64,000 nt of DNA, taken from the NCBI GenBank assembly GCA_030390025.1, contig CM059433.1, positions 21,826,001 to 21,890,000 on the forward strand, given 5' to 3'. Position numbers and translations under genes: made by a program. Below the pieces are notes generated by a model. The model did not search any database and was not told the origin of the DNA. It saw only the letters and a list, made by a program, of their open reading frames with translations. Source of the stretch: Squalus acanthias. Lineage: Eukaryota. Position 1 is the first letter of the stretch; each line of letters starts with the position of its first letter. Below are positions 11,652 to 23,192 of this stretch, piece by piece.

Positions 11652-14600
11652 CATCTATTCCATCAGCATGGGTGTCCTTTATAATCTCTCACCTTGGCCC
11701 TCAGAATCCCAGCACATTCAGCCCCAACACCAGCAGCACCAGGCACACCAGCAGCACCAACAAAAACACCACCAAACTTCTCCGCAATCACCTGATGCTG
11801 CACAGGACAGAGGGCATCAGCACCCGACCACGTTGCTGCCCAGGAAGCCAGGGATGGCATCACCATGGCCAGATTTACTTCACTTGACTCTGTACACCCT
11901 GGCTACCATATGATGCGCCAGGTTAACACCACCCCACACCAACACCATAAAGCATCCCTATAATGCCCAAGCCATTCCTTTCACACTCATCACCATTGTG
12001 GGGGGGGTACAGTTATGTCTCACCATTCACTGCAACTCACTAAACCACTTCCAAAGGGGCACACAAATCAGTCCAAGAACACAGAGTGTTGAATGTTTGA
12101 CAGCACATTAACAGAAACTTTACATGAACATTGCATAAAACACCCAAGTGCCTTCCCTTGTGTGTTGTTAGTTGGTATGATTGCACTAGGATGAGGGTGA
12201 GTGTGAGGGGTGGCTAGTGAGATGGGGATGTGATAATGTAGATAGAGAGAGAGGGATGGGTGGAGGTGCAAGGTATGCTGGTGTGAGTAAGGATGTGCAG
12301 GAGTAGGGTAGGGAAGTCAGAGTGATGGGGATGTGATGAGAGGCACAGCAGGATGCAGTCGAGTGTGGCTTTGTACTAATGTTTCGTGATCTACTGAGAT
12401 CATTGAAACCTTTGCGGCACTGCACCCAGGTCCACCTGACCACATTCCTGCTTGTGCCCTCCTCTGCAATGTGCAACCAGGCTATGTTGATCTCCTGGGG
12501 CGGTCTCTTCCGCCCATTGGAAGGGAAGCAGACCTCCCTGTGTGCTGTGACTCCCTCCATAAGAAACATAGAACATAGAAAAATAGGAGCAGGAGTAGGC
12601 CATTCAGCCCTTCGAGCCTGCTCCGCCATTCAATCTGAGCATGGCTGATCCTCTTTCTCAATACCATATTTCCGTTCTCTCCCCATACCCCTTGATGCCT
12701 TTTGTGTCTAGAAATCTATCTATCTCCTTCTTAAATATATTCAGTGACTTGGCCTTCACAGCCTTCTGTGGTAGAGAATTCCACAGGTTCACCACCCTCT
12801 GAGTGAAGAAATTTCTCCTCATCTCAGTCCTAAATGTCCTACCCCGTATCCTGAGACTGCGACCCCTCATTCTAGACCCCCCAACCAGGGGAAACATCCT
12901 CCCTGCATCCAGTCTGTCTAGCCCTGTCAGAATTTTATACGTTTCAATGAGATCCCTTCTCATTCTTCTAAACTCTGAATACAGGCCTAGTCGACCCAAT
13001 CTCTCCTCATACAACAGTCCTGCCATCCCAGGAATCAGTCTGGTGAACCATCGCTGCACTCCCTCTATGGCAATTATATCCTTTCTTAGGTAAGGAGAGC
13101 AAAACTGCACACAGTACTCCAGGTGTGGTCTCACCAAGGCCCTGTACAACTGTAGTAAGACATCCTTGCTCCTGTACTCAAATCCTCTTGCAATGAAGGC
13201 CAACATACCATTTGCCTTCCTAACTGCTTGCTGCACCTGCATGTTTGCTTTCAGTGACTGGTGTACAAGGACACCCAGGTCCCTTTGTACATCAACATTT
13301 CCCAATCTATCACCATTTAAATAATACTCTACCTTTCTGTTTTTCCTACCGAAGTGGATAACTTCACATTTATCCACGTTATACTGTATCTGCCATGTAT
13401 TTGCCCACTCATGCAACTTGTCTAAATCGCCTTGAAGCTTCATTGCATCCTCCTCACAACTCACAATCCCACCTAGTTTTGTGTCGTCAGCAAACCAGGA
13501 AATATTATATTTGGTTCCCTCATCCAAATCATTGATATATATTGTGAATAGCTGGAACCCAAGCACTGATCCCTGCGGTACCCCGCTAGTCACCGCCTGC
13601 CACCCTGAAAAAGACCCATTTATTCCTACTCTCTGTTCCCTGTCTGTTAACCAATTTTCAATCCATGCCAGTATATTACCCCCACTAACCTTTTGTGTGG
13701 GACTTTATCAAAGGCCTTCTGAAAATCCAAATACACCACATCCACTGGTTCTCCCTTATCTATTCTACCAGTTACATCCTCAAAAAACTCCAGTAGGTTT
13801 GTCAAGCACGATTTCTCTTTCATAAATCCATGTTGACTTTGTCTAATCCTGTTGATATTTTCTAAGTGTTCTGTTATCACATCCTTTATAATAGACTCTA
13901 GCATTTTCCCTACTACTGATGTTAGGCTAACCGGTCTGTAGTTCCCTGTTTTCTCTCTCCCTCCTCTTTTAAATAGTGGGGTTACATTTGTCACCCTCCA
14001 ATCTGCAGGAACTGTTCCATAATCTATAGAATTTTGGAAGATGACAACCAATGCATCCACTATTTCCATGGCTACCTCTTTTAGTACTCTGGGATGCAGA
14101 TTATCAGGCCCTGGGGATTTATCAGCTTTCAGTCCCATTAATTTCTCTAGCACTATTTTTTTACTAATACTAATTTCCTTTAATTCCTCCTTTTCACTAG
14201 ACCCTTGGCTCCCTAGCATTTCTGGGAAGTTATTTGTGTCCTCTTCCGTGAAGACAGAACCAAAGTATTTGTTTAATTGCTCTGCCATTTCCTTGTTCCC
14301 CATTATAAATTCTCCCGTTTCTGACTGTAAGGGACCTACATTTGTCTTCACTAATCTTTTTCTTTTTACATACTTGTAGAAGCTTTTACAATCCACTTTT
14401 ATGTCCCTTGCAAGTTTTCCCCTCTTAATCAATCTCTTGGTCCTTTTTTGCTGAACTGCTCCCAATCCTCAGGCTTGCTACTTTTTCTGGCAACTTTATA
14501 TGACTCCTCTTTGGATCTAATACTATCCTTAATTTCTTTTGTTAGCCATGGTTGGGCCGCTTTTCCTTTTGTGTTTTTGTGTCAGAAAGGAATGTATAAT

Positions 14601-14692
14601 TGGTGTAATTCATGCATTCATTCCTTAAATGTTAGCCATTGCCTATCCACCGTCATGCCTTTTAATGAAGCTCCCCAATCTATCATAGCCAA

Positions 14693-15294
14693 AAGTGAGA
14701 AGTCGCACAACACCAGGTTATAGTCCAACAGTTTTATTTGAAATCACAAGCTTTCGGAGCTGCTGCCCCTTCGTCACTTCACCTGAGGGCAACACGGTGG
14801 CATAGTGGTTAGTACTGGTGCCTCACAGCGCCAGAGACCCGGGTTCGAATCTGACCTCGGGTGACTGTCTGTGTGGAGTTTGCACATTCTCCCCGTGTCT
14901 GCGTGGGTTTCCTCCGGGTGCTCCGGTTTCCTCCCACAGTCCAAAAATGTGCGGGTCAGGTTGATTTGGCTGTGATAAATTGACCCTTAGTGTTAGGGGG
15001 GGATTAAATATGTGGGGTTATGGGGATAGAATGGGATATGTTAGGGGGAATTAAATACGTGGGGTTACGGGGGTAGGGTGGGATATGTGTACTGTGGGGA
15101 TTAAAGCAGGGACAGGGTACTGGATTTGGATGATCAGCCATGATCGTATTGAATGGTGGAGCAGGCTCGACGGGCCGAATGGCCTACTCCTGCTCCTAGA
15201 TTCTATGTTTCTATGTTTCTATGTTTCTATAACCTGGTGTTGTGCGACTTCTCACTTTTGTCCACCCCAGTCCAACACCGGCATCTCCGCATCA
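14693..15294 (+). mobile_element. Penelope pLTR-only fold-back insertion inside the LINE
   Basis: Inverted pLTR arms of the same family as 10577-11651; 12-bp TSD tatcatagccaa (14681-14692, 15295-15306). Confidence 0.85.
14787..15228 (+). mobile_element. tRNA-derived SINE (HE1/V-SINE-like) with CR1-type 3' tail
   Basis: A box tggcatagtgg, B box ggttcgaatc, central gtgtggagtttgcacattctccccgtgtctgcgtgggtttcctccggg, CR1 tail ending (ttctatgt)n. Confidence 0.85.
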
Positions 15295-16122
15295 TATCAT
15301 AGCCAACTCACTCCTCATACCATCGTAGTTCCCTTTGTTTAGATAATCATATGGAGGGAGTCATGGGAGAGCCTGGGTGCAGCACTGTACCTCTGTGCAG
15401 TGCTTGTCAGTGTTTGCAGCACCTCAGTGCTGTAGAACACTGACAGCACAAATGTCAAAAGAAAGATGGCCATGGTCCCTTTAAGGAAACCGGCTGATGA
15501 CACGTCATCAAATGACGTTACCAGACCCGCTTCTTCCAATTGGCCAGCAAATGCGCTGGGCGGGCTTAACAAGCCCAATCAGGGGAAATTCTTTTCAGAG
15601 GCTGGGATGGAGACAACAGCGGTGTTGGGTCCCGCCACTGACTTCACCCAGCACAGACCCGCCGAGGTCAGCAAAATCGCGGCCGAAGTGTCTGACTGAG
15701 CTTCGGCCCACCATGGAGACCATGGCCACTCCATGACCCTCTGCAACATCATTCTCCTTGACCATGGTCCTAAGTTAACAAATGCTATGACTGGATCTGC
15801 AGAGACCATGTACTCCAATGTCTGTCGTTGTACGGAACTAGGTAATGCAGGGCTTCAACAACCTCATTGCTGTCCAGAGGTCTGCTCCCTCACAGATTCC
15901 TGGTGCCTTTGGTTGCAGGAACATCTATCGACCCAGCACAAGAGGGGTCATTTCCATTCCCAGAGGCAGACGGTAACCATCCACATCACCTCCTCCTCCC
16001 AATGACCTCTGGCAGAGCCCTCCTTGTCCTGCAAGTGGTTTCCTGATCTGGTTGCAGGACTGTGCACAGTTGTATGATGATCTCTTTAGAAAATCATAGT
16101 CTGTGCATACAGCTTTCATTCG

Positions 16123-16355
16123 ACAAAAACAAAATACCATGGATGCTGGAAATCTGAAATGAAAACAAAAATTGCTGGAAACACTCAGCAGGTCAGGCAG
16201 CATCTGTGGAGAGAGAAACGGAGTTAACGTTTTAGGTCGTTGACCTGAAAGATTCTGATGAAAGGTCAACAACCTGAAATATTAACTGTTTCTCTCTCTC
16301 CACAGATGTTGCCTAACCTTCTGAATGCTTCCAGCATTTTCTGTTTTTATTTTAG
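16123..16355. mobile_element. Fold-back Penelope pLTR pair (family of 5166-6092) with degenerate hammerhead
   Basis: Arms ctggaaacactcagcaggtcaggcagcatctgtggagagagaaac and its reverse complement; CTGATGA...GAAA at 16255-16279. Confidence 0.8.
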
Positions 16356-16727
16356 CTTTCTTTGGGCATGTCCAGGTATGATTATCTTGCCCTTTAAATA
16401 TGGTTGGCAGCCTAAAGGCAAAACCTTGGTTACACTCTACTCCTGTCAGAATTTAGTGGGTTTATTCTAGAACCCGAACACACAGTCTGCGGTGATGCTC
16501 CACTCTAGTTCTGAGGGACTGCTGCATTGTCAGAGGTTGCATCCTTTGGATGAAATGTTAAACTGAGGCTCTGTTTGCCTGTTTCACCATGTGCAGACAC
16601 CTCTGACTCACTATCCAACCCATGTGGTGCCTGTATCTGTGCTGGTGCTTGGGTAGGATGCAGTACATAACACTACATCATCAGGAGGATTGTCTACTTC
16701 TGAGGTGCCTTCTTCAGAAGAGTCTGA

Positions 16728-17621
16728 GGGGTAGAAATTAGGTCGCGCCCCATTTGGGGCGCAAATATCGTCTGGACGCAAATATTAGCGCCTGGCGCTA
16801 ATTATCGGCACTGACTGGAAACTTCACTTTTACCGCCCCGGGAGGTGAGTGGAGCGCTAAAGCAGGCGCTGCACACCTGTCTTAAGGCGCAAAGGCCAAG
16901 GAGTGAGGCGCTACCTCAGAGCACTGGCGAAGCTCATGTAATGTCAGTCAGCAATGGAACACACACACAATGGCACGGGCCAGTTCTTAAAGGGGATGGT
17001 TAATCTTGCTTTCCATCCACATCCTGTTCATTGCAGCTTTGAATCTCGGCCTGGAGAGACTTGCACATCAAATGTGCTGGAAAGAACAATGGAGAGTACC
17101 AGGCAAAGAGCTCAGAGTGCAGCTCCCACAGTCTCTGCTAAATCGATACAAGGAATGGCAAATCAAAATGAACCTGCAAAGTGCTGCTCAGTACCCAAAA
17201 CTCCTTCACACAACGTTGAATCTCTCCAGAAGTCTCTCCTTCTCTCTCTCAGAATGCGTAGTTCAAAAATGCCACCAACAATAAAAGACAGGAAGAGGCC
17301 CCCTTTAAATAACGTCCCCCCCCAGCCCCACAGTGATTGATAGCGTTCAACTCTTCCGGTCGTTGGAAGCACCAGGCGGTAAGGCAGGGGGCGCCACTCA
17401 ATTTCCGCTCTGGGGCGCCACAAGGGCGTTGCACCATGGAATGATGTCACAATCTGCGCGCGCAGGTGGTCGCAGCGGTAAGTTTTAGCGCCGCCGCACA
17501 ATCTCAAGTTAAGTTCTCGAGCGGCGCAAACATCGCTGCGCCCGGGCGTTAGCGGCTTTGCGCCCCATTAGCGCCCTCTTAAGGCGCTAACGGGAGGCGC
17601 AACCAACTGAATTTTTACCCC
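16728..17621. mobile_element. Non-autonomous Harbinger-like element (family shared with 52875-53581)
   Basis: TIRs ggggtagaaatt / aatttttacccc; flanks tga/taa; subterminal (t)agcgcc repeats. Confidence 0.78.
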
Positions 17622-17779
17622 TAAGTGCTGAGAAAAACCTCAGGGACAAGAGTTAGGATGGCACTAAGAGGCTAAACATTAGCAGGTTAAAGTTGTGAAG
17701 CTTGCTGAATATTTGCCAAATTAATTGAAGCATTATATGCAGACATCCTTCTAAGCTAATCTGCCAGCCTTGCCTTCCC

Positions 17780-18791
17780 TCACTTTGTCTGGGCCACTCA
17801 TCTCCAGTACTTCATGCTGCACTTGGGTAAAGGCTATGTTGGGTACACCTCCCCAATCTTGCTCCTCTCCCTTACATTATGTGCTATCTTGTCCTGCAGA
17901 AAGAGAGGACAAGAGTTAGTGAGTGGCTGTGTAAAGATAAGTGGAGTTGTATAGGGCTTGTGCATTTAGTGCATCTGCTGAGAGGTGGAGAAGAAGCAAG
18001 ATGGAATGACGAAAGGGAGGTGATGAATGTAAAGCCAAGTGTGTGGAATTTGAAGTGAGGGAGGAGTTGATGGTTCTTCAAGTGCTAGGATGTGAGAAGA
18101 CAATGCTGTTGGTGTGAGTGTGTTTGAAATGAGAGGTGTAGCAGTGTGCCCTTGTGATTGGATGTTAATGGATGTGATGGAGGGAAGGTAATTGTTCGGA
18201 GTGGTCGGGGAGGGGTGAAAGGAGTGTTGTCAAGTGTTGAGGGAGATGAAGAGCTGTATTCACCCTTGCTGCTTTTGTGAGGTAATTGAACCTCTTCCTA
18301 CACTGAAGCCAGTTCTGGGAGTGATGCTGTTGGCACTGACCCTGTCAGCCACCTCTATCCAGCCCTGATGAATAGTTGCCATGGGGATGCTCCTTCACGT
18401 GCTGGGGAACAGTACCTCCTTTCTTGCCCTGACCTCCTCCACCATGGTTTCCAAGGAGACATGAGAAAACCTGGGACAGGCGATGTGACTCATTTCTCAG
18501 ATCCCCTTAATTGGAAACAGTATTGGAACAAAATCTGGCTTCAGTGAAAGCAACCTCGCTTTAAGAGGTGCACTCACACTTTAAATAGACCTCAGGAGGC
18601 CTGCTGGAAATTGTGCAGAGAATGTGGGCGGGCTGCCCATTTCCCATCCCGATCGGGTGAGCAGCCTCTGAATCATTTTAAAATGAGGCAGAGAGTTAAA
18701 ATCGCCCAGGCCTCACACTGGAGATATCATGGGGGCTTCCCACTTGCATTGGCCCCGCCCGCCTGATTCACACCCAAGTTAAAATCAGGGC
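17780..18791 (-). mobile_element. Harbinger remnant with intron-containing Myb/SANT-like pseudogene
   Basis: CPRFSHVSLETMVEEVRARKEVLFP...GWIEVADRVSA...QCRKRFNYLTKAAR|gtgaat intron 18263-17894 ctgcag|DKIAHNVRERSK; one stop and one frameshift; TIR-like end aaaatcagggc. Confidence 0.78.
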
Positions 18792-19924
18792 TTTATTGTT
18801 GCATTATGAACTGGCATGCTTAGAAATGAGTCACTTTATAGGTCTCTGATTGTTATCAGAAAAGACTATTGAGATAAATTCCCTCTAGAATACTGGCACT
18901 TCACTAATCCATGCAATTTTGAACTTGTAACTCAACAGATAGGCAATTAATTTCTCTCCTCTCTAAACTTTGTATTGGAAATGCACTTTGTAAAATGGAG
19001 TAAAATAAGGTCATTTAGAAATTTTATAAAGCATGACATTGATATCTCCCTCAGTGCCATCACTAAGGCATAGTTATGCTGTGAAGAGCATGTACCAAAT
19101 AAATCCCCATTCTATTTGATTGTCATGATTTGACATTTAACATGTTTTGATTTTGCTGTTAACTCCCCACATTGCCTGCAGTTACTGCGTGGAACTCTCC
19201 TTGTCTAGTATTGTGTGCTACTTGAGATGGCTTCCTCTACACTTTTTTCTGTCTGATCTTATACTTAGGGTATATTTTCGTCCTTTTTATACTGCAATTG
19301 ACATTTTTTCCTAGCAATAGAGAAAATAGGAAAATAAGTGTTTTAATACTGAATATTCTGAATAACTCCCTGATCAAAAAATGAATAGCATCACAATAAA
19401 TACAATGTCTTGACTAATGTCATGACCAGGTACTGTAGTTTTATTTCCCAGTCTACCCCCCAAATATAATTCTTCAGTGTGATGATCTTCATGCCTCAGT
19501 GACTGGAGCTACCTGACATTATTATTCATAATGATGCCTACTGCTGAGAAGAGGGAAAAGAGAAATGGACCAAAAGAAAAAAAAATGCATCAATGAATTT
19601 CAGAATGTATCCTAAAAATAAGCGATAGGACAAACTGAATACTGATTCTAATAATAATTGTAGTCTCAGAGTTTAGCTGACAGTTAATTATGATTTATGA
19701 TATCATCCGAATATTTTGCTAAGATTATTTTCTTGTAATTACTCCTTTCAGTTTGATGTGATATAGAGAGCTGATTGCCCAATCAGTGACTCCGAGTGAG
19801 AAGTGGTGCTCACAGGGATCACTGGTCAAGACATTGGGGTCTGTGGGACCACAATTTCCCAACCAGCTCCCTGTGTTCGCTGCTCCATACCAGCAGTGTC
19901 CAGTCAGAGAAATCAGCCATATAA

Positions 19925-20090
19925 ATATCTGAAATAAAAACAAAAAATACTAGAAATACAAAGCAGGTTAGTTATCACCTGAAAGAGAAAAGATGGTTGA
20001 ACATTTCAGGTGATTCTGATGAAAAGTCCCAACAAGAACATGAACCTGTTTTTCTCTTTCATATTTTGATCTTGCTGTGCATTTCCAGCT
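19925..20090. mobile_element. Degenerate Penelope pLTR fold-back
   Basis: aatctgaaataaaaacaaaa...ttctgatgaaa...ttttctct...catttccagc, homologous to 16123-16355. Confidence 0.55.
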
Positions 20091-20101
20091 AAAATCACAG
20101 A

Positions 20102-21240
20102 CACTCAACTCCACCTTCCTGCACTATCCCCATATCCCTTGATTCCCTTAATATTCAAAAATCTATCGATCTCTGTCTTGAATATACTCAACGACTGAGT
20201 GTCCACAACTCTTTGGGGTAGAGAATGCCAAGGATTCGCAACCCTTTGAGTGAAGAAATTTCTCCTCATCTCAGTCCTAAATGGTCGAAACCTTATTCTG
20301 AGGCTGTGACCCTTAGTTCTAGACTCCCAAGCCAGGGGTATCATCCTTCCAGCATCTACCCTGTCAAGCCCCTTAAGAATTGTATATGTTTCAATGAGAT
20401 CACCTCTCATTCTTCTAAACTCTGTGGAACATAGGCCTAGTCACTCAAACTCTCCTCATAAGACAATCCCTTCATCTCAGAAATCAATCTAGTGAACCTT
20501 TGTTGCACTCCCTCTAAGGCAAGTACGTCCTTCCTTAGGTAAGGAGACCAAAACTGTACACAGTACTCCAGGTGTGGTCTCACCAAGGCCCTATATAATT
20601 GTAGTCAGATTTCTTTACTCTTATACTCCAATCCCTTTGTAATAAAGGCTAACATACCATTTGCTTTCCTAATTTCTTGCTGTACCTGCATGTTAATTCA
20701 TGTACAAGGACAGCCAGGTCTCTTTGAATACCAACATTTCCCAGTCTCTCACCATTTTAAAAATATTTTGTTTTCTATCTTCGCACTTCTCCACATTATA
20801 TTGCATCTGCCATGTTTTTGCCTACTCATTTAACCTGTCTACATATCTTTGCAGCCACTTTGCGCCCTCCTCACAGCTTACTTTCCCACCTAACTTTGTA
20901 TCATTAGTAAACTTGGAATACATTACACTCGGTCCCTTCATCTAAGTCATTAACACAGATTGTAAATAGCTGAGGCCTGAGCACTGATCCTTGCTGTACC
21001 CCACTAGTAACAGCCTTCCAACCCGAAAATGACCCGTTTATTCCTACTCTGTTTTCTGTCCATTAACCAATCCTCAATCAATACTAATATATTACTCACA
21101 ATCCCATGAGCCCTAATTTTCTGTAATAACCTCTTGTCCTTCCTTAAGGGAATGTATATTTGTTGCGATTTATGAATTCATTCTTTAAATGTTTGCCGTT
21201 GCTTATCTACCGTCATATCTTTTAATCTAGTTTCCCAATT
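20102..21240 (-). mobile_element. CR1 LINE fragment lacking its 3' tail
   Basis: MRGDLIETY...FFTQRV...KGIKGYG ORF 20105-20410 plus upstream RT remnants. Confidence 0.9.
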
Positions 21241-21360
21241 CTGAATTTTCAGACAGTTAATGCATGATCCTGTGACAATCATTACTCCTTTAGTGTAGAT
21301 ATAAACTGGCATGAGGTGTTATGTTCTTCATATGTGGAAAACATGCAAAGCACAATAGGT

Positions 21361-21438
21361 ATGATCATATTGAATGGCGGAGCAGGCTCGAAGGGCCGAA
21401 TGGCCTACTCCTGCTCCTATTTTTCTATGTTTCTATGT
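21361..21438 (+). mobile_element. Isolated CR1 3' tail
   Basis: atgatcatattgaatggcggagcaggctcgaagggccgaatggcctactcctgctcct...tttctatgtttctatgt. Confidence 0.85.
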
Positions 21439-21730
21439 ATTAGAACCCTCTCCTCTGGGCCTGAAGGTTTTGTGTTCATGCTGCACACTGGGGTTTGTGT
21501 CATTGTCCCCGGTTAGCTACACTGCCTCCTGTGTGGCCTACCTCCCCCAATGCACGTCCCATTCAAAGTCCCAATGCAAGTTGCATGCGCGGTGACTACA
21601 ATGGAAAAGCCGGTGCGATGACTGTGCAGCCACGCAGCTTAGCAGGAACATTGGTTTGAATACATTATTAATGCTGACATTCCAGTGAGTGCTGCATTAT
21701 CAGAGGTGCCTGTCCTTCTGGTAAGACTTT

Positions 21731-22763
21731 GGGCTGGATTTTCATGGGGAAGGTGGGGTGGGTGGTGGGGGCGGCTCTGATGCGGGCGGGAAACCCGGGA
21801 GCCTCGGTTTCCCATAGACCCTGCCGAATTTAACGGCAGGGCCCGATTTGCATCTGAAGCCTTGGTTTCCCTCCCGCAGCAGGCCTGGGCGATTTTAACT
21901 CTCTGCCTCATTTTCAAATGATGGAGAAGCTGGCTGGCTCCAGGTGGGTGGGCCTGTGGCACTAGGCCGCACAGAGGAGGGAGGGAGGGATCAGGTGGGG
22001 GCCGGTGCCGGCCTCCGGGGGACAAGGTGGGAGGGGGGGAAGGGAGGGAAGAAGATCGTGGCCATTGAGGGACCGAGGAAGGGTGGGGAGGGAAGAAGAT
22101 TGCGGCCGTCAAGGGACCTGGGTGGGGTTGGGGGGGGTAACAGAAGAAAAGATCGCGGCCATCGAGGAGGTGGGGGTGAGGGGAGGAAGATCGAGGCCAG
22201 CCACCAGAGGATTGTGGCTGGCTTTAAGATCATCGATTGGGGATGGAGGGGAGGGAAAACTTCGGGGCCACCCACCAGAGGATCGTGCCTGGCTTGATGC
22301 TGATGGTGGGGGGGAAGGAAGATCAGGGCCGGCCTTAAGATGATTGTTGTGGGCGAGGTGGGTCCAGGAAGGTGATCAGAGTCCTCTTGGGGGGGGGGGG
22401 GGTCTCTGATCGCAGGGTGTGTGCTCGGCAGGAACCCTGGGTCCAGGAGGTAGGTATAAAGGCACTCGTCTCCTGGATCCAGCAGTCCCCGCCTTGCTGT
22501 AACTGCCGGGTTTTACAAATTGAGTAAAACCCGACCAGCTAGAGTTGAAAACAAAATGGTGATTAAAGAAGAGGCTTCCAGCCTCATTATAATACTTAAA
22601 TTGACGCCCCGCCTCCTAGGAATGGGTTGGTCGCCCGTCCCGCCTCCGTTAAAACCAGAAGTGGGCAAGTTGGAGGCGGGTTCAGGTCAGGAATCCCATT
22701 TTTAACAATTTAACTGCCCCTACGCTCCAAACCCACCCATTGTTTTAGGTTAAAATTCCCCCC
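21731..22763. mobile_element. Non-autonomous Harbinger-like element with G-rich GATCG tandem units, inserted in a DeuSINE-like element
   Basis: TIRs gggctggattttc / taaaattcccccc; TSD TTT; flanks join into Deu-domain-like gctgcattatcagaggtgcc...aaaatcccatggcactacttgaagaaga. Confidence 0.75.
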
Positions 22764-23192
22764 TTTATCCGGAAGTCTTGCCTCCCTGATCCAGTCATTC
22801 AGATGGGCAGTTAAAATCCCATGGCACTACTTGAAGAAGAATAGAGATTTATTTACTTCTCTTGTTCAACATCCATTCTAAGTTAATACCACTTGAAAAT
22901 GGAATGAATGACCATTCACATCACAGTGGTATGTGGGACTTTACTGCTGCAGAAAGGTGGCATGCTTGCCTACATAGCAACAGTTAGTGCACTTCAAAAC
23001 AGTAATTTTTTGTGTTCATGGTTTTGATATGTTTCAATGAAATGCACGATCTAAATTCAAGCATTGTTTTGTTAATCTATTCCTTGCAAACTTCACAATA
23101 TTCCTTTACATAACTAAAGTTATCACACATATCTAAGAATTTTACATGGGCGAGGCCGGCAAGACAGGCGGTAGCAGAACGGCCGCCCGCTC

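Larger units (their letters stand above)
12563..15342 (-). mobile_element. CR1/HER1-like LINE, 5'-truncated; RT split into 272 aa and 311 aa ORFs
   Basis: YRPVSLTS, DFQKAFDKVPH, GVPQGSVLG, FADDTKL; (tttctatg)n-type tail. Confidence 0.95.
10041..15684. mobile_element. PIF/Harbinger transposon derivative with Myb/SANT-like gene remnant (minus strand), hosting nested insertions
   Basis: TIRs gggctggattttcc / gcaaaatcgcggcc; 3-bp TSD GAA (10038-10040, 15685-15687); AAPRLSHDSLHMI|MEGVTAHREVCFP...AWLHIAEE...WVQCRKGFNDL split by a LINE. Confidence 0.85.

Noticed and set aside
11639..11913. Q/H-rich ORF
   Set aside because: Low-complexity (cagcac)n sequence inside the Harbinger remnant; no support as a host exon.
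12658..14465. Long reverse-transcriptase ORFs (311 aa and 272 aa) as a novel RT system or host gene
   Set aside because: Standard CR1 ORF2 motifs, split by a deletion and frameshift, 5'-truncated, with an ordinary CR1 tail; many sister fragments in the window.
14787..14860. Possible tRNA gene
   Set aside because: The A and B boxes continue into a SINE body and LINE-derived tail; no proper cloverleaf or terminator.
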